DNA of 64,000 bases from an uncultured Clostridia bacterium (GTDB lineage: Bacteria; Bacillota; Clostridia; Christensenellales; DTU072), in assembly GCA_944362765.1 (NCBI GenBank), contig CALVTP010000004.1:2250-66249 (forward strand). The letters run 5' to 3'. Below the pieces are notes generated by a model. The model saw nothing but the letters and a program-made list of their open reading frames with translations. It had not been told where the DNA came from and did no database searches. Position numbers and translations under genes: made by a program. Shown in pieces: positions 47,320 to 54,918 of this stretch. Each line of letters starts with the position of its first letter. Position 1 is the stretch's first letter.

Positions 47320-48933
47320 ATGGACGACAACAGACAATACGGCGTAACTTTTTGGGAAGATCCCGATAAGATTTACGAAGCGCTGCACAAGCTGACCTCG
47401 CAACCCATCTACGAAGTCAAGAAAAGCGAAATGGATCGCATTCTTGTAGAGTATTTCGACACAAAATGCGCCAAATCGAAAGCCATTTCGACGGAAGCAA
47501 AGAAGTATATTCCGGGCGGAGTTCAACATAATCTTGCGTTCAACTATCCCTTCCCGATAGCAATCGCCAAAGCCAAAGGCGCTTACATGGAAGACGTCGA
47601 CGGCAACACATACATAGACTTTTTGCAGGCAGGCGGTCCGACCATTCTTGGCTCCAACAACGACGAAGTCCGTAACGAGGTCAAAAAGCTTATCGATTCC
47701 TGCGGACCCGTTACGGGGCTCCTTCACGAAGCGGAGCTTTTGCTTGCCAAGAAAATAAACGAGCATATGCCCGCGGTCGAGATGTTCAGAATGCTCGGTT
47801 CGGGCACCGAATCGGTGATGGCGGCTTTGAGGATCGCCAGGATCGAGACCAAGAACAAGAGAATCATCAAGATGGGCGGCGCATACCACGGCTGGTCAGA
47901 TCAGATGGTTTACGGCTTGAAGATCCCGGGAACCAGGCAGTTCCTCGAATCGCACGGCATTCCCGGCACCTGCTTCAAACTTACCGACGAGGTCAAACCC
48001 AACGACCTCGACATGCTCGAAAGAATGCTCCATAAGAACAAGTCCCGCGGCGGCACGGCGGCGGTCATCGTCGAACCGGTAGGTCCCGAATCGGGCACCC
48101 GTCCCGTTTCCAAGGATTACAACGCAGAGGCGATGAAGCTTGCGCATAAGTACGGCGCCTTGTTCATCTTCGACGAAGTCGTCACCGGCTTCCGTCTCGG
48201 TCTCGGCGGCGCGCAGGGCTACTTCGGCATAGAACCCGACCTCACTATCTTCGGAAAGATCATAGCGGGCGGCTATCCCGCGGCAGGCGGCGTCGGCGGC
48301 AAGAGACAATACGCATCGCTGATGGCGGCGGGCGTCGCGACGGGAAAACACCGCGCATACGTCGGCGGCACGCTGGCTGCAAACCCGATGAGCTCCCTTG
48401 CGGGCTACGAGTGCATAAAGCAAATAGAAGCCACAAACGCCTGCGTCAAAGCAGGACTTGCGGGCGACAGGCTGGCAAAAGGGCTTAAAGGGCTTGTCGC
48501 GAAATACAACCTTCCGTACGTTGTATACAACCAGGGTTCCATTGTCCACCTCGAATGCACCGGTGCGATGAGCTTCGATTTCAGCTCCTTCAACCTTTTG
48601 AAGTCGTTGAGCGGCATACTCACCCACCAAAGGATGATCTATAAGAGAAAGGACGCCATGGAACACATGGGCGCCGCGTATATGGCAAACGGCATAGTCA
48701 CGCTTGCAGGCAGCAGGCTCTACACTTCGCTTGCCGACTACGAGAACAACTTCGAGGTCATCGACGAGGCGTTGAGACGTTTCGACAAAGTGTTCGCGAT
48801 GGTCGAAAATACCGGCGAAGGCGTCGAGATCGACTCATTGATGGACGGCATCAAGAACGAGCTCAACAAGAAAAAAGCCAAAAAAGCCGCCGCGGCGAAA
48901 GCCGAGGCCGCTTTGAAGACGGAAGCCGAATAA
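47320..48933 (+). CDS. class III PLP aminotransferase (GSA aminomutase-like fold)
   Basis: DVDGNTYIDF, SGTESVMAALRIAR, YHG, FDEVVTGFR, PDLTIFGKIIAGG, GGTLAANP. Confidence 0.88.
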   Translation: MDDNRQYGVTFWEDPDKIYEALHKLTSQPIYEVKKSEMDRILVEYFDTKCAKSKAISTEAKKYIPGGVQHNLAFNYPFPIAIAKAKGAYMEDVDGNTYIDFLQAGGPTILGSNNDEVRNEVKKLIDSCGPVTGLLHEAELLLAKKINEHMPAVEMFRMLGSGTESVMAALRIARIETKNKRIIKMGGAYHGWSDQMVYGLKIPGTRQFLESHGIPGTCFKLTDEVKPNDLDMLERMLHKNKSRGGTAAVIVEPVGPESGTRPVSKDYNAEAMKLAHKYGALFIFDEVVTGFRLGLGGAQGYFGIEPDLTIFGKIIAGGYPAAGGVGGKRQYASLMAAGVATGKHRAYVGGTLAANPMSSLAGYECIKQIEATNACVKAGLAGDRLAKGLKGLVAKYNLPYVVYNQGSIVHLECTGAMSFDFSSFNLLKSLSGILTHQRMIYKRKDAMEHMGAAYMANGIVTLAGSRLYTSLADYENNFEVIDEALRRFDKVFAMVENTGEGVEIDSLMDGIKNELNKKKAKKAAAAKAEAALKTEAE

Positions 48934-49020
48934 TCTCTTCGGTCGTTCGGAATATTATAATTGTATAATGTGTACGCGTGTGTCCGTGCGGGTGCGCGCG
49001 TACAGGGAGGGTATTTAAAA

Positions 49021-49656
49021 ATGGTTGAACAAGCCGCAAAACTCCGCATACTCGACTGCTGCAAAAAGCTTTCGGAGCATCAGTTGACGGCTCCGGGTGA
49101 TGTTGTCAGCGTAAGAGCCGAGGGCGGAATGCTTATTACGAACCCCGAAACCGAGATGTCGTCGATTACCGAAAACGACATCCGTTTTGTGGGGAGAGAT
49201 GAGGCGAAGGGCACGCAGGAAGCACTGCACCTTGCAATTTACGCCCATCGTGAAGACATCAACGCCGTAATCATGAACCATGCGCCGTTCTGCGTAGGGA
49301 TAGCTAAAAGGCTGAAATCGTTCCCCGCAACTCTGGACGACATGGCGCAGATAATAGGGCATACCGCCAAGGTCTCTCCGTCCGAAGAAGCGACCGACAT
49401 TTTAAGGACGCTTACCGGAAGGAACGCCTGTCTTATCTCGGGCGGCGGCGTAATCGCCACGGGAAGGACGTTGGACGAAGCTTTTACCGGCTCTTTGGTG
49501 CTCGAAAAAGGCGCATTATGTTATGTCGGTTCCGCCATCATCGGAAAACCCGTAAAGATAGGGCTTTTCGACGCCGTTTTGATGAGAGCGGTTTACAAAC
49601 TGAAATACTCCAAAAAAGATCAGGCGGCAAAACTCAAAGAGGAGCAGGGAGGCTGA
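49021..49656 (+). CDS. class II aldolase/adducin-fold protein lacking Zn ligands
   Basis: LHLAIYAHREDINAVIMNH and ACLISGGGV: the HxH and NHG motifs are eroded. Confidence 0.75.
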   Translation: MVEQAAKLRILDCCKKLSEHQLTAPGDVVSVRAEGGMLITNPETEMSSITENDIRFVGRDEAKGTQEALHLAIYAHREDINAVIMNHAPFCVGIAKRLKSFPATLDDMAQIIGHTAKVSPSEEATDILRTLTGRNACLISGGGVIATGRTLDEAFTGSLVLEKGALCYVGSAIIGKPVKIGLFDAVLMRAVYKLKYSKKDQAAKLKEEQGG

Positions 49657-49657
49657 T

Positions 49658-50296
49658 ATGACGGAATCCGAAGTCAGGCAGGCGGTAAAGGACGCCGGCG
49701 TTAAATTACTCGAAAACAACCTCGTTCAGGGCACTTGGGGAAATATCTCGATACGCCTTAGCGACAAAAAGATGGTGGTCACTCCTTCGGGCATGGACTA
49801 TATCCGTATGCGTCCCGAGGACACCGTCGTCGTGGATATAGAAACATTGGAATACGTGTCCGAAGTAAAACCCACTTCGGAAAAGAAGATACATGCCGCC
49901 ATTTATCGCGATCGTCCCGAGATAGGCGCGGTTATCCACTCCCACCCGTTGTGGAGTTCGGCAGCCGCTGCGGCAAGGAAGGAGATCCCTGTGCTCTGCG
50001 AAGAGCATAAAAGATTGCTGGGCGGCGACACCGTCAGGGCGGGCGCCTACGGGCTTCCCGGCACTAAGAAGCTGACAAACGGCGCCGTAGAGGCTATGAA
50101 GGACAGGAACGCATGCTTTTTGTCCAATCACGGCATAGTTTGCTGCGCCGAGACGATAGAGGGCGCTTTCGAAGTCTGCAAGGCGATGGAAGAAAACAGC
50201 CGTGCTTATATAGAAAGCGTTGTAAAACGGGAACTCGGAAAGGATTCCGTCGATATCGACGATATCTTTGAAGTGTTTTATAAACGGATAAATTAA
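49658..50296 (+). CDS. class II aldolase (fuculose-phosphate aldolase-like)
   Basis: GTWGNIS, TPSG, PTSE..IH, IHSHP, SNHG intact. Confidence 0.9.
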   Translation: MTESEVRQAVKDAGVKLLENNLVQGTWGNISIRLSDKKMVVTPSGMDYIRMRPEDTVVVDIETLEYVSEVKPTSEKKIHAAIYRDRPEIGAVIHSHPLWSSAAAAARKEIPVLCEEHKRLLGGDTVRAGAYGLPGTKKLTNGAVEAMKDRNACFLSNHGIVCCAETIEGAFEVCKAMEENSRAYIESVVKRELGKDSVDIDDIFEVFYKRIN

Positions 50297-50312
50297 TTGT
50301 GGAGGCGGAGTA

Positions 50313-51938
50313 ATGGAAGGAAAGATGAGCTTTGCTCAAAAACTCAATGCGTTTTCCCATAAGCTGTTCGGAACAAAACCGAACGACGGGGACGTTCAGC
50401 CGAAAGAGGCTTGGAGCTACGGTATAACGGGTATCGGACAAAACTTTATTTGTACCGTTATAGGTTCGTATCTGACCGTTTTTATGACGGACGCGTTGGG
50501 ATTCAACAACGACATAAAACTTGGTACATTGACAGCGTCGGTCGCGGTGGCGATATTGATGTTGGTCGCCAGAATATTCGACGCGTTGAACGACCCGATT
50601 ATGGGCTCCGTAGTCGACTACACCCGTACCAAATGGGGTAAGTGCCGTCCCTATCTTTTGTGGATGGCTATTCCTATCGGTTTATTGACGATATTATGCT
50701 TCCTGCCCGTTTATCCGAGGGATATGGAAGGCTTCCTCGCCTGCGGACTTATCTATGTAGTGTGGTCGGTGGCGTACACGATAGCCGACGTTCCGTATTG
50801 GGGATTGTCCACCACGATGACGAACAACACCACAAAGCGCGGCAATATTCTGACAATAGTGCGTCTTATGTGTACGGCGGGAGCGGGTATCGTCACCATC
50901 TTCGTCCCGATTATCACCGATGCCGTCACCGCCGAATTTAAAAATTCCGACGGCTATGTACTGGCACAATATGCGGATCAATACAGAAATACGCTGCAAT
51001 GGACGTACTTTATTATAGCAATAGTTCTGGTTGTCATTTCAATCCCGATGTTCTATATCGGTTTCAAAAACACCAAAGAGCGCTTCGGAACGATACAAAA
51101 CGGAGAAAAACCCCGTTCGCTCGGTAAAAACCTCAAATTATTGTTCAAAAACGACCAGGTCATGCTCGTCGTTCTGTCGGGTATACTTGGCGGTGCGAGA
51201 ATGGTGTATACATATACCGGCGGATTGTATTTTTGCAAATACGCGTTGGGCTCCGAATCGGCGTACAGCATTCTGACAATGCTGGTCATTCCGGGCGGAT
51301 TGATAGCTTCGGTATTGTGCCCGTGGCTCACCAAAAAATTCACCAAGAAATGGTCGTTCATCGGCTCGCATATTCTGGGAGCAGCCGCAATGGTATTGAT
51401 GCTGTTCATGTGGGACTTCGACAACGGTAAATTCATCGGCGGCGGCGAAGTCGGCACGGCAGGGCTGGTGGTCGCGGTAATCTGCATGATAATCGTCGGT
51501 ATCCCGCAAGGTATCGCCAATATCATGAGTTACGCAATGATAGGAGACACAGTCGAATACCTCGAATGGAAGACCGGCGAGAGGGCGGAAGGTATCTGCT
51601 TCTCGATGCAGACATTTATTTCCAAGATAGGCATGGCTGTCGGCGCTTTCATCGGTGTCCTTGCTTACAATATGAGCGGTATAAGCTCCGATGACCCCGT
51701 CGGCTCTATGACGATTGAAGGCTTGAACGACTTGTGGCTGATGCTTGTTCTGTCGAGCGCCGTAAGCTTTGTCGCTTGCGTTATCCCGCTGTTCTTCTAC
51801 CACATCACCGAGGATAAACAGCGCTGGTACGTCGGTGAGATAAGAAAAAGAAAGATAGCTTCCGGCGAACTTGCAGCCGAAACCGCCGGAGACGCCGAGA
51901 ATGTCGAAATGACGGTCGGCGAAGACAATAACGATTAA
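50313..51938 (+). CDS. glycoside-pentoside-hexuronide (MelB-like) MFS symporter
   Basis: RIFDALNDPIMG..VD.TRTKWGKCRPYLL, YTIADVPYWGL, DTVEY.EWKTG.RAEG. Confidence 0.9.
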   Translation: MEGKMSFAQKLNAFSHKLFGTKPNDGDVQPKEAWSYGITGIGQNFICTVIGSYLTVFMTDALGFNNDIKLGTLTASVAVAILMLVARIFDALNDPIMGSVVDYTRTKWGKCRPYLLWMAIPIGLLTILCFLPVYPRDMEGFLACGLIYVVWSVAYTIADVPYWGLSTTMTNNTTKRGNILTIVRLMCTAGAGIVTIFVPIITDAVTAEFKNSDGYVLAQYADQYRNTLQWTYFIIAIVLVVISIPMFYIGFKNTKERFGTIQNGEKPRSLGKNLKLLFKNDQVMLVVLSGILGGARMVYTYTGGLYFCKYALGSESAYSILTMLVIPGGLIASVLCPWLTKKFTKKWSFIGSHILGAAAMVLMLFMWDFDNGKFIGGGEVGTAGLVVAVICMIIVGIPQGIANIMSYAMIGDTVEYLEWKTGERAEGICFSMQTFISKIGMAVGAFIGVLAYNMSGISSDDPVGSMTIEGLNDLWLMLVLSSAVSFVACVIPLFFYHITEDKQRWYVGEIRKRKIASGELAAETAGDAENVEMTVGEDNND

Positions 51939-52023
51939 AACAGGTTTCCGAAACTTCGGAAAAGGGAACCCTAAACAGCATTTAACATATACCTGCGCTG
52001 CAAGGCGCCGGGTGGAGGAGAGT

Positions 52024-53385
52024 ATGTGTAAACGTAAAAAATTGACCAGGGCAGAGAGACTCAGAAGAGAATTGGTCGAAGACCACATCAAGACCAGGCG
52101 CGAAATGTTTGAAGACAGAGCCCGGCTGAACAGGCACGTGTTCCGGTACGGCGCGCCGCCTCCCGGCTCGGTGCTGTATGACGAGCATCACGATATGTCG
52201 GCGGCAAACGGCGTCTTCGTGAACGGCAGACAGAAGGATGCGCTTACGGTAATACGTCCCTCCGGCAGGGGTTATGAAGACATCGGAACGGGAGCCTACA
52301 ACACCGAAAAACCGGATTTTTATCGTGTGGCTCTGGCAGGGCGTCCCTACGAACCGGTCTTCCCGACCGCGGAGTCGAAGAAGTTCTTCATCGGCTGCAT
52401 TAAAAGGGCGCTGCCGCTCTTTCCGATAGAGACGGAAAGCTATTCGATTCTCGCGAATTCGGCGTATTTTGTCTTTGCGTCGTACGACCAAACAAGGATA
52501 AGTCTGCAGCGCTTCGTTTCGTTGGTTATCGAAACTTATGCCGACTATTACAACGAGGCTTTCGGGCATTCGGGTACTCCGTTCAGGGGGAGACCCGAAT
52601 TGAAAAAGCTGGATAAGCTCGAAGAGATTGCCGACCAGATAACCTTGGTTCAAAGGCAGCCGATAGTGCGCGGACACCGCCCGGACTATCCCTTCTCTTC
52701 GATAGGCGAAGGCGAGGGCGGACTGACAAGCACAACCGCGTTCAACGATCGCTTCGGCGCCGCAGGCAAGAAGGCGTTGCAGGAGGCAAGTACCGAGGAG
52801 TATTCCAAGCTTCACGCCGTCGACCTTTCTACCAGGCTGTTCGGTTTGAATCCCCGCCTCACCGAAGTAATCGAGGAAACGCTTATCGATTACGGCTGCT
52901 TTACCAAGCGCGCAATGCCCAATTTCCTCATGCCTAAGGTCGTTGCCGAAGTCAACGAGCGCTCCGGAGCCTCCTTCAAAAAGATTTCGCGGAAAATGGG
53001 CGGCGGCTGGCGCACCAGGTATGAGCTTCTGGTCAAAACCATTTGCGAATTGATTATCGAGTCGAAGCGCACGTTCGACTACGCCTGGCGCACTTTGCAG
53101 GTGGAAAAGTACCAAAAACGCCCCGTCGCAATCGACGTTGCCGAGGAGCTTTTTGATCGCCTCGGCTACTCGATAGACCAAATCTTCCAAATGATGGGTT
53201 TTGCTTATTGCGCCGTCATCAACGGCACCGTCCAATACTATAATGAAGATCTCCTAGTTCGTTTGATAAAGGACTACGCCTTAGAGCACAATTGCCCCGT
53301 CACGAAGGTTATAGAGTTGTTCGGCATCCGTAACTCCCACGAAGATCCCCAAAGGGTACTGCGCGTCTCTTCTTATTTTATGTAA
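52024..53385 (+). CDS. catalytically degenerate Y1 HUH (IS200/RAYT-like) transposase-fold protein with tandem HTH-like repeats
   Basis: Manual alignment to the RAYT pattern over 52318-52704. NHxH reads NSAY (52456-52467), YNxxxxRxGHLFQGR reads YNEAFGHSGTPFRGR, RYIHxNP reads TLVQRQP, and DYxWSS reads DYPFSS. RBS GGAGG precedes ATG 52024. Confidence 0.75.
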   Translation: MCKRKKLTRAERLRRELVEDHIKTRREMFEDRARLNRHVFRYGAPPPGSVLYDEHHDMSAANGVFVNGRQKDALTVIRPSGRGYEDIGTGAYNTEKPDFYRVALAGRPYEPVFPTAESKKFFIGCIKRALPLFPIETESYSILANSAYFVFASYDQTRISLQRFVSLVIETYADYYNEAFGHSGTPFRGRPELKKLDKLEEIADQITLVQRQPIVRGHRPDYPFSSIGEGEGGLTSTTAFNDRFGAAGKKALQEASTEEYSKLHAVDLSTRLFGLNPRLTEVIEETLIDYGCFTKRAMPNFLMPKVVAEVNERSGASFKKISRKMGGGWRTRYELLVKTICELIIESKRTFDYAWRTLQVEKYQKRPVAIDVAEELFDRLGYSIDQIFQMMGFAYCAVINGTVQYYNEDLLVRLIKDYALEHNCPVTKVIELFGIRNSHEDPQRVLRVSSYFM

Positions 53386-53937
53386 TTTTCTTCCCGCAAG
53401 ATTAAAGTTAGAGAACTTTAATTGCTCGCTTGAACAAAGCCTTATGGAAAAGTTCGTACCCCGTACGAGCTTTTTTCATAAGGAAGGATTAATTGCGGGA
53501 AGAAAATTACATACCCGCGGCTTGGGGCATATTTCACGGCGCTTTCGGGCAGGACAGGAGCGAAGCGACTGTCCGTTTTGGAGCCAACTCTTATAATACC
53601 GAAGAGAAGGAAGAGATATCGTCTTAGAAAGATAGATTTTGCGGCGGAGTGACGAAATGAGAGAGCGGCATACGACGTATGCCGCGAAAGATATTTCTAT
53701 ACTCCGCCACAAAAGATAATTTGTAAGGCGATAGAAATTTCTTCGAAGCGGTATTATTTTGATTAAAGTGGGGTACTATAAGCCAATATAGAGACAGCAT
53801 AGGGCATTATTCAAACAAGCTTTAGTTGAAGAAGCTCTTACAAGAAGAAATATTATTTATTGAATCGGTATGCTATAATTTCCGCATGAAAACAAATATA
53901 AATCTGAAAATTAATTCAAAAAACTCAGCAAAAACTA

Positions 53938-53966
53938 TTGCAATTTATCCCCAATTATGATATAAT
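53938..53966 (+). promoter_or_regulatory. sigmaA promoter P1 with no downstream ORF
   Basis: TTGCAA, 17 bp, TG-a-TATAAT, followed by TATAGGGGA. Confidence 0.75.
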
Positions 53967-54517
53967 TATAGGGGACGGATACGGATAATCGATAAGCTCT
54001 CGTTCCGTCGGCTCGAAGGGTGTTTGCCCTTGGGGCAAACACTTGGGCTACGCACTTTTGCTACCACAAAAGTGCGCGCCCGCGCTCGCTCGAATCGTGG
54101 CAGAGTCGTTAATATCGTGGCAGTTTTACATCACAAGGTAGTCGCTTCGCTTCGATTAGACTAGACCCACCCAACCGCCCACAAGTTTGCCGCTATGCGG
54201 GATAGGAATATTAATATTAGTATACGCATACCGCTATCCCCTTTCGCGTTCTCATGGCGATAACATCACACAAGGTTGCCGCTACGCGGATGATGGGGAA
54301 TATATAAGCTATAATTTGTTTTAACGCATTACGATATTCTTTCAATTCGCTTATATACTGGCGATATTACATTTCAATGTGTTTCTTCGCTCCGATATGA
54401 TTTAACTATATAAGCATATGGAATATTATTGATATAACAAATCATTTTAATTATTTAATTTCAGCAGGAAATTAAATATAAAATCGAAAATTATATCAAA
54501 TAATTTAACAAAAAGTA

Positions 54518-54546
54518 TTGCATTTTTAGGCATAATGTGATATAAT
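54518..54546 (+). promoter_or_regulatory. sigmaA promoter P2, paralog of P1
   Basis: TTGCAT, 17 bp, TG-a-TATAAT, followed by TTAAGGGGA; 580 bp downstream of P1. Confidence 0.75.
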
Positions 54547-54644
54547 TTAAGGGGATAGGGTTGCGATTACCGCCGAGGGGCGGAAGGTTTGGTGTGCGCA
54601 CTTTGCCGGGCTAAGCTGCGCGGCGGGTGTCTGCTCGAATCGTG

Positions 54645-54918
54645 GCAGAGTCGTGAGTATCGTGGCGGTTTTACGGCGTTGTTTGTGAAGTAAGGCAGAG
54701 TGGTGGGTATCATGGCGGTTTTATATTTTTGTTCAAATCATAGCTAAGTTTTTAATATCCTGGCAATCTTACGGCGCTATTGTTGTAATAAGTCATAGTC
54801 GTAAGTATCGTAGCTGTTTTACGGCTTTTTCGGTAAGATACAGCATGGTCGTAATAAGCATGGCGTTCTTATTATCTTTTAAATCTTTGCGTAGTCGTGA
54901 TACATTTAGCAATTCTAC
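54645..54918 (+). repeat. degenerate ~50-bp tandem array, about six units
   Basis: Core TATCGTGGC variants start at 54658, 54708, 54756, 54806, 54856 and ~54902. Confidence 0.7.

Noticed and set aside
51982-53235. 417-aa antisense ORF over the HUH-like gene
   Set aside because: No motifs or RBS. The + strand frame has an RBS and a recognisable fold, and long antisense ORFs occur throughout this GC-rich window.
53575-53600. GTTTTGGAGCC resembling a type II CRISPR repeat or tracrRNA start
   Set aside because: Similarity ends after ~10 nt and the sequence is part of module R.
53886-53960. 24-codon possibly leaderless ORF (MKTNINLKINSKNSAKTIAIYPQL) after TGcTATAAT at 53871-53879
   Set aside because: AT-rich low-complexity sequence, no -35, and it overlaps promoter P1. 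It cannot be supported without Ribo-seq.
54645-54918. CRISPR array
   Set aside because: Repeats are highly degenerate, spacers are short (17-20 nt) and partly similar to each other, and no cas genes are in the window. Kept only as an unexplained array.
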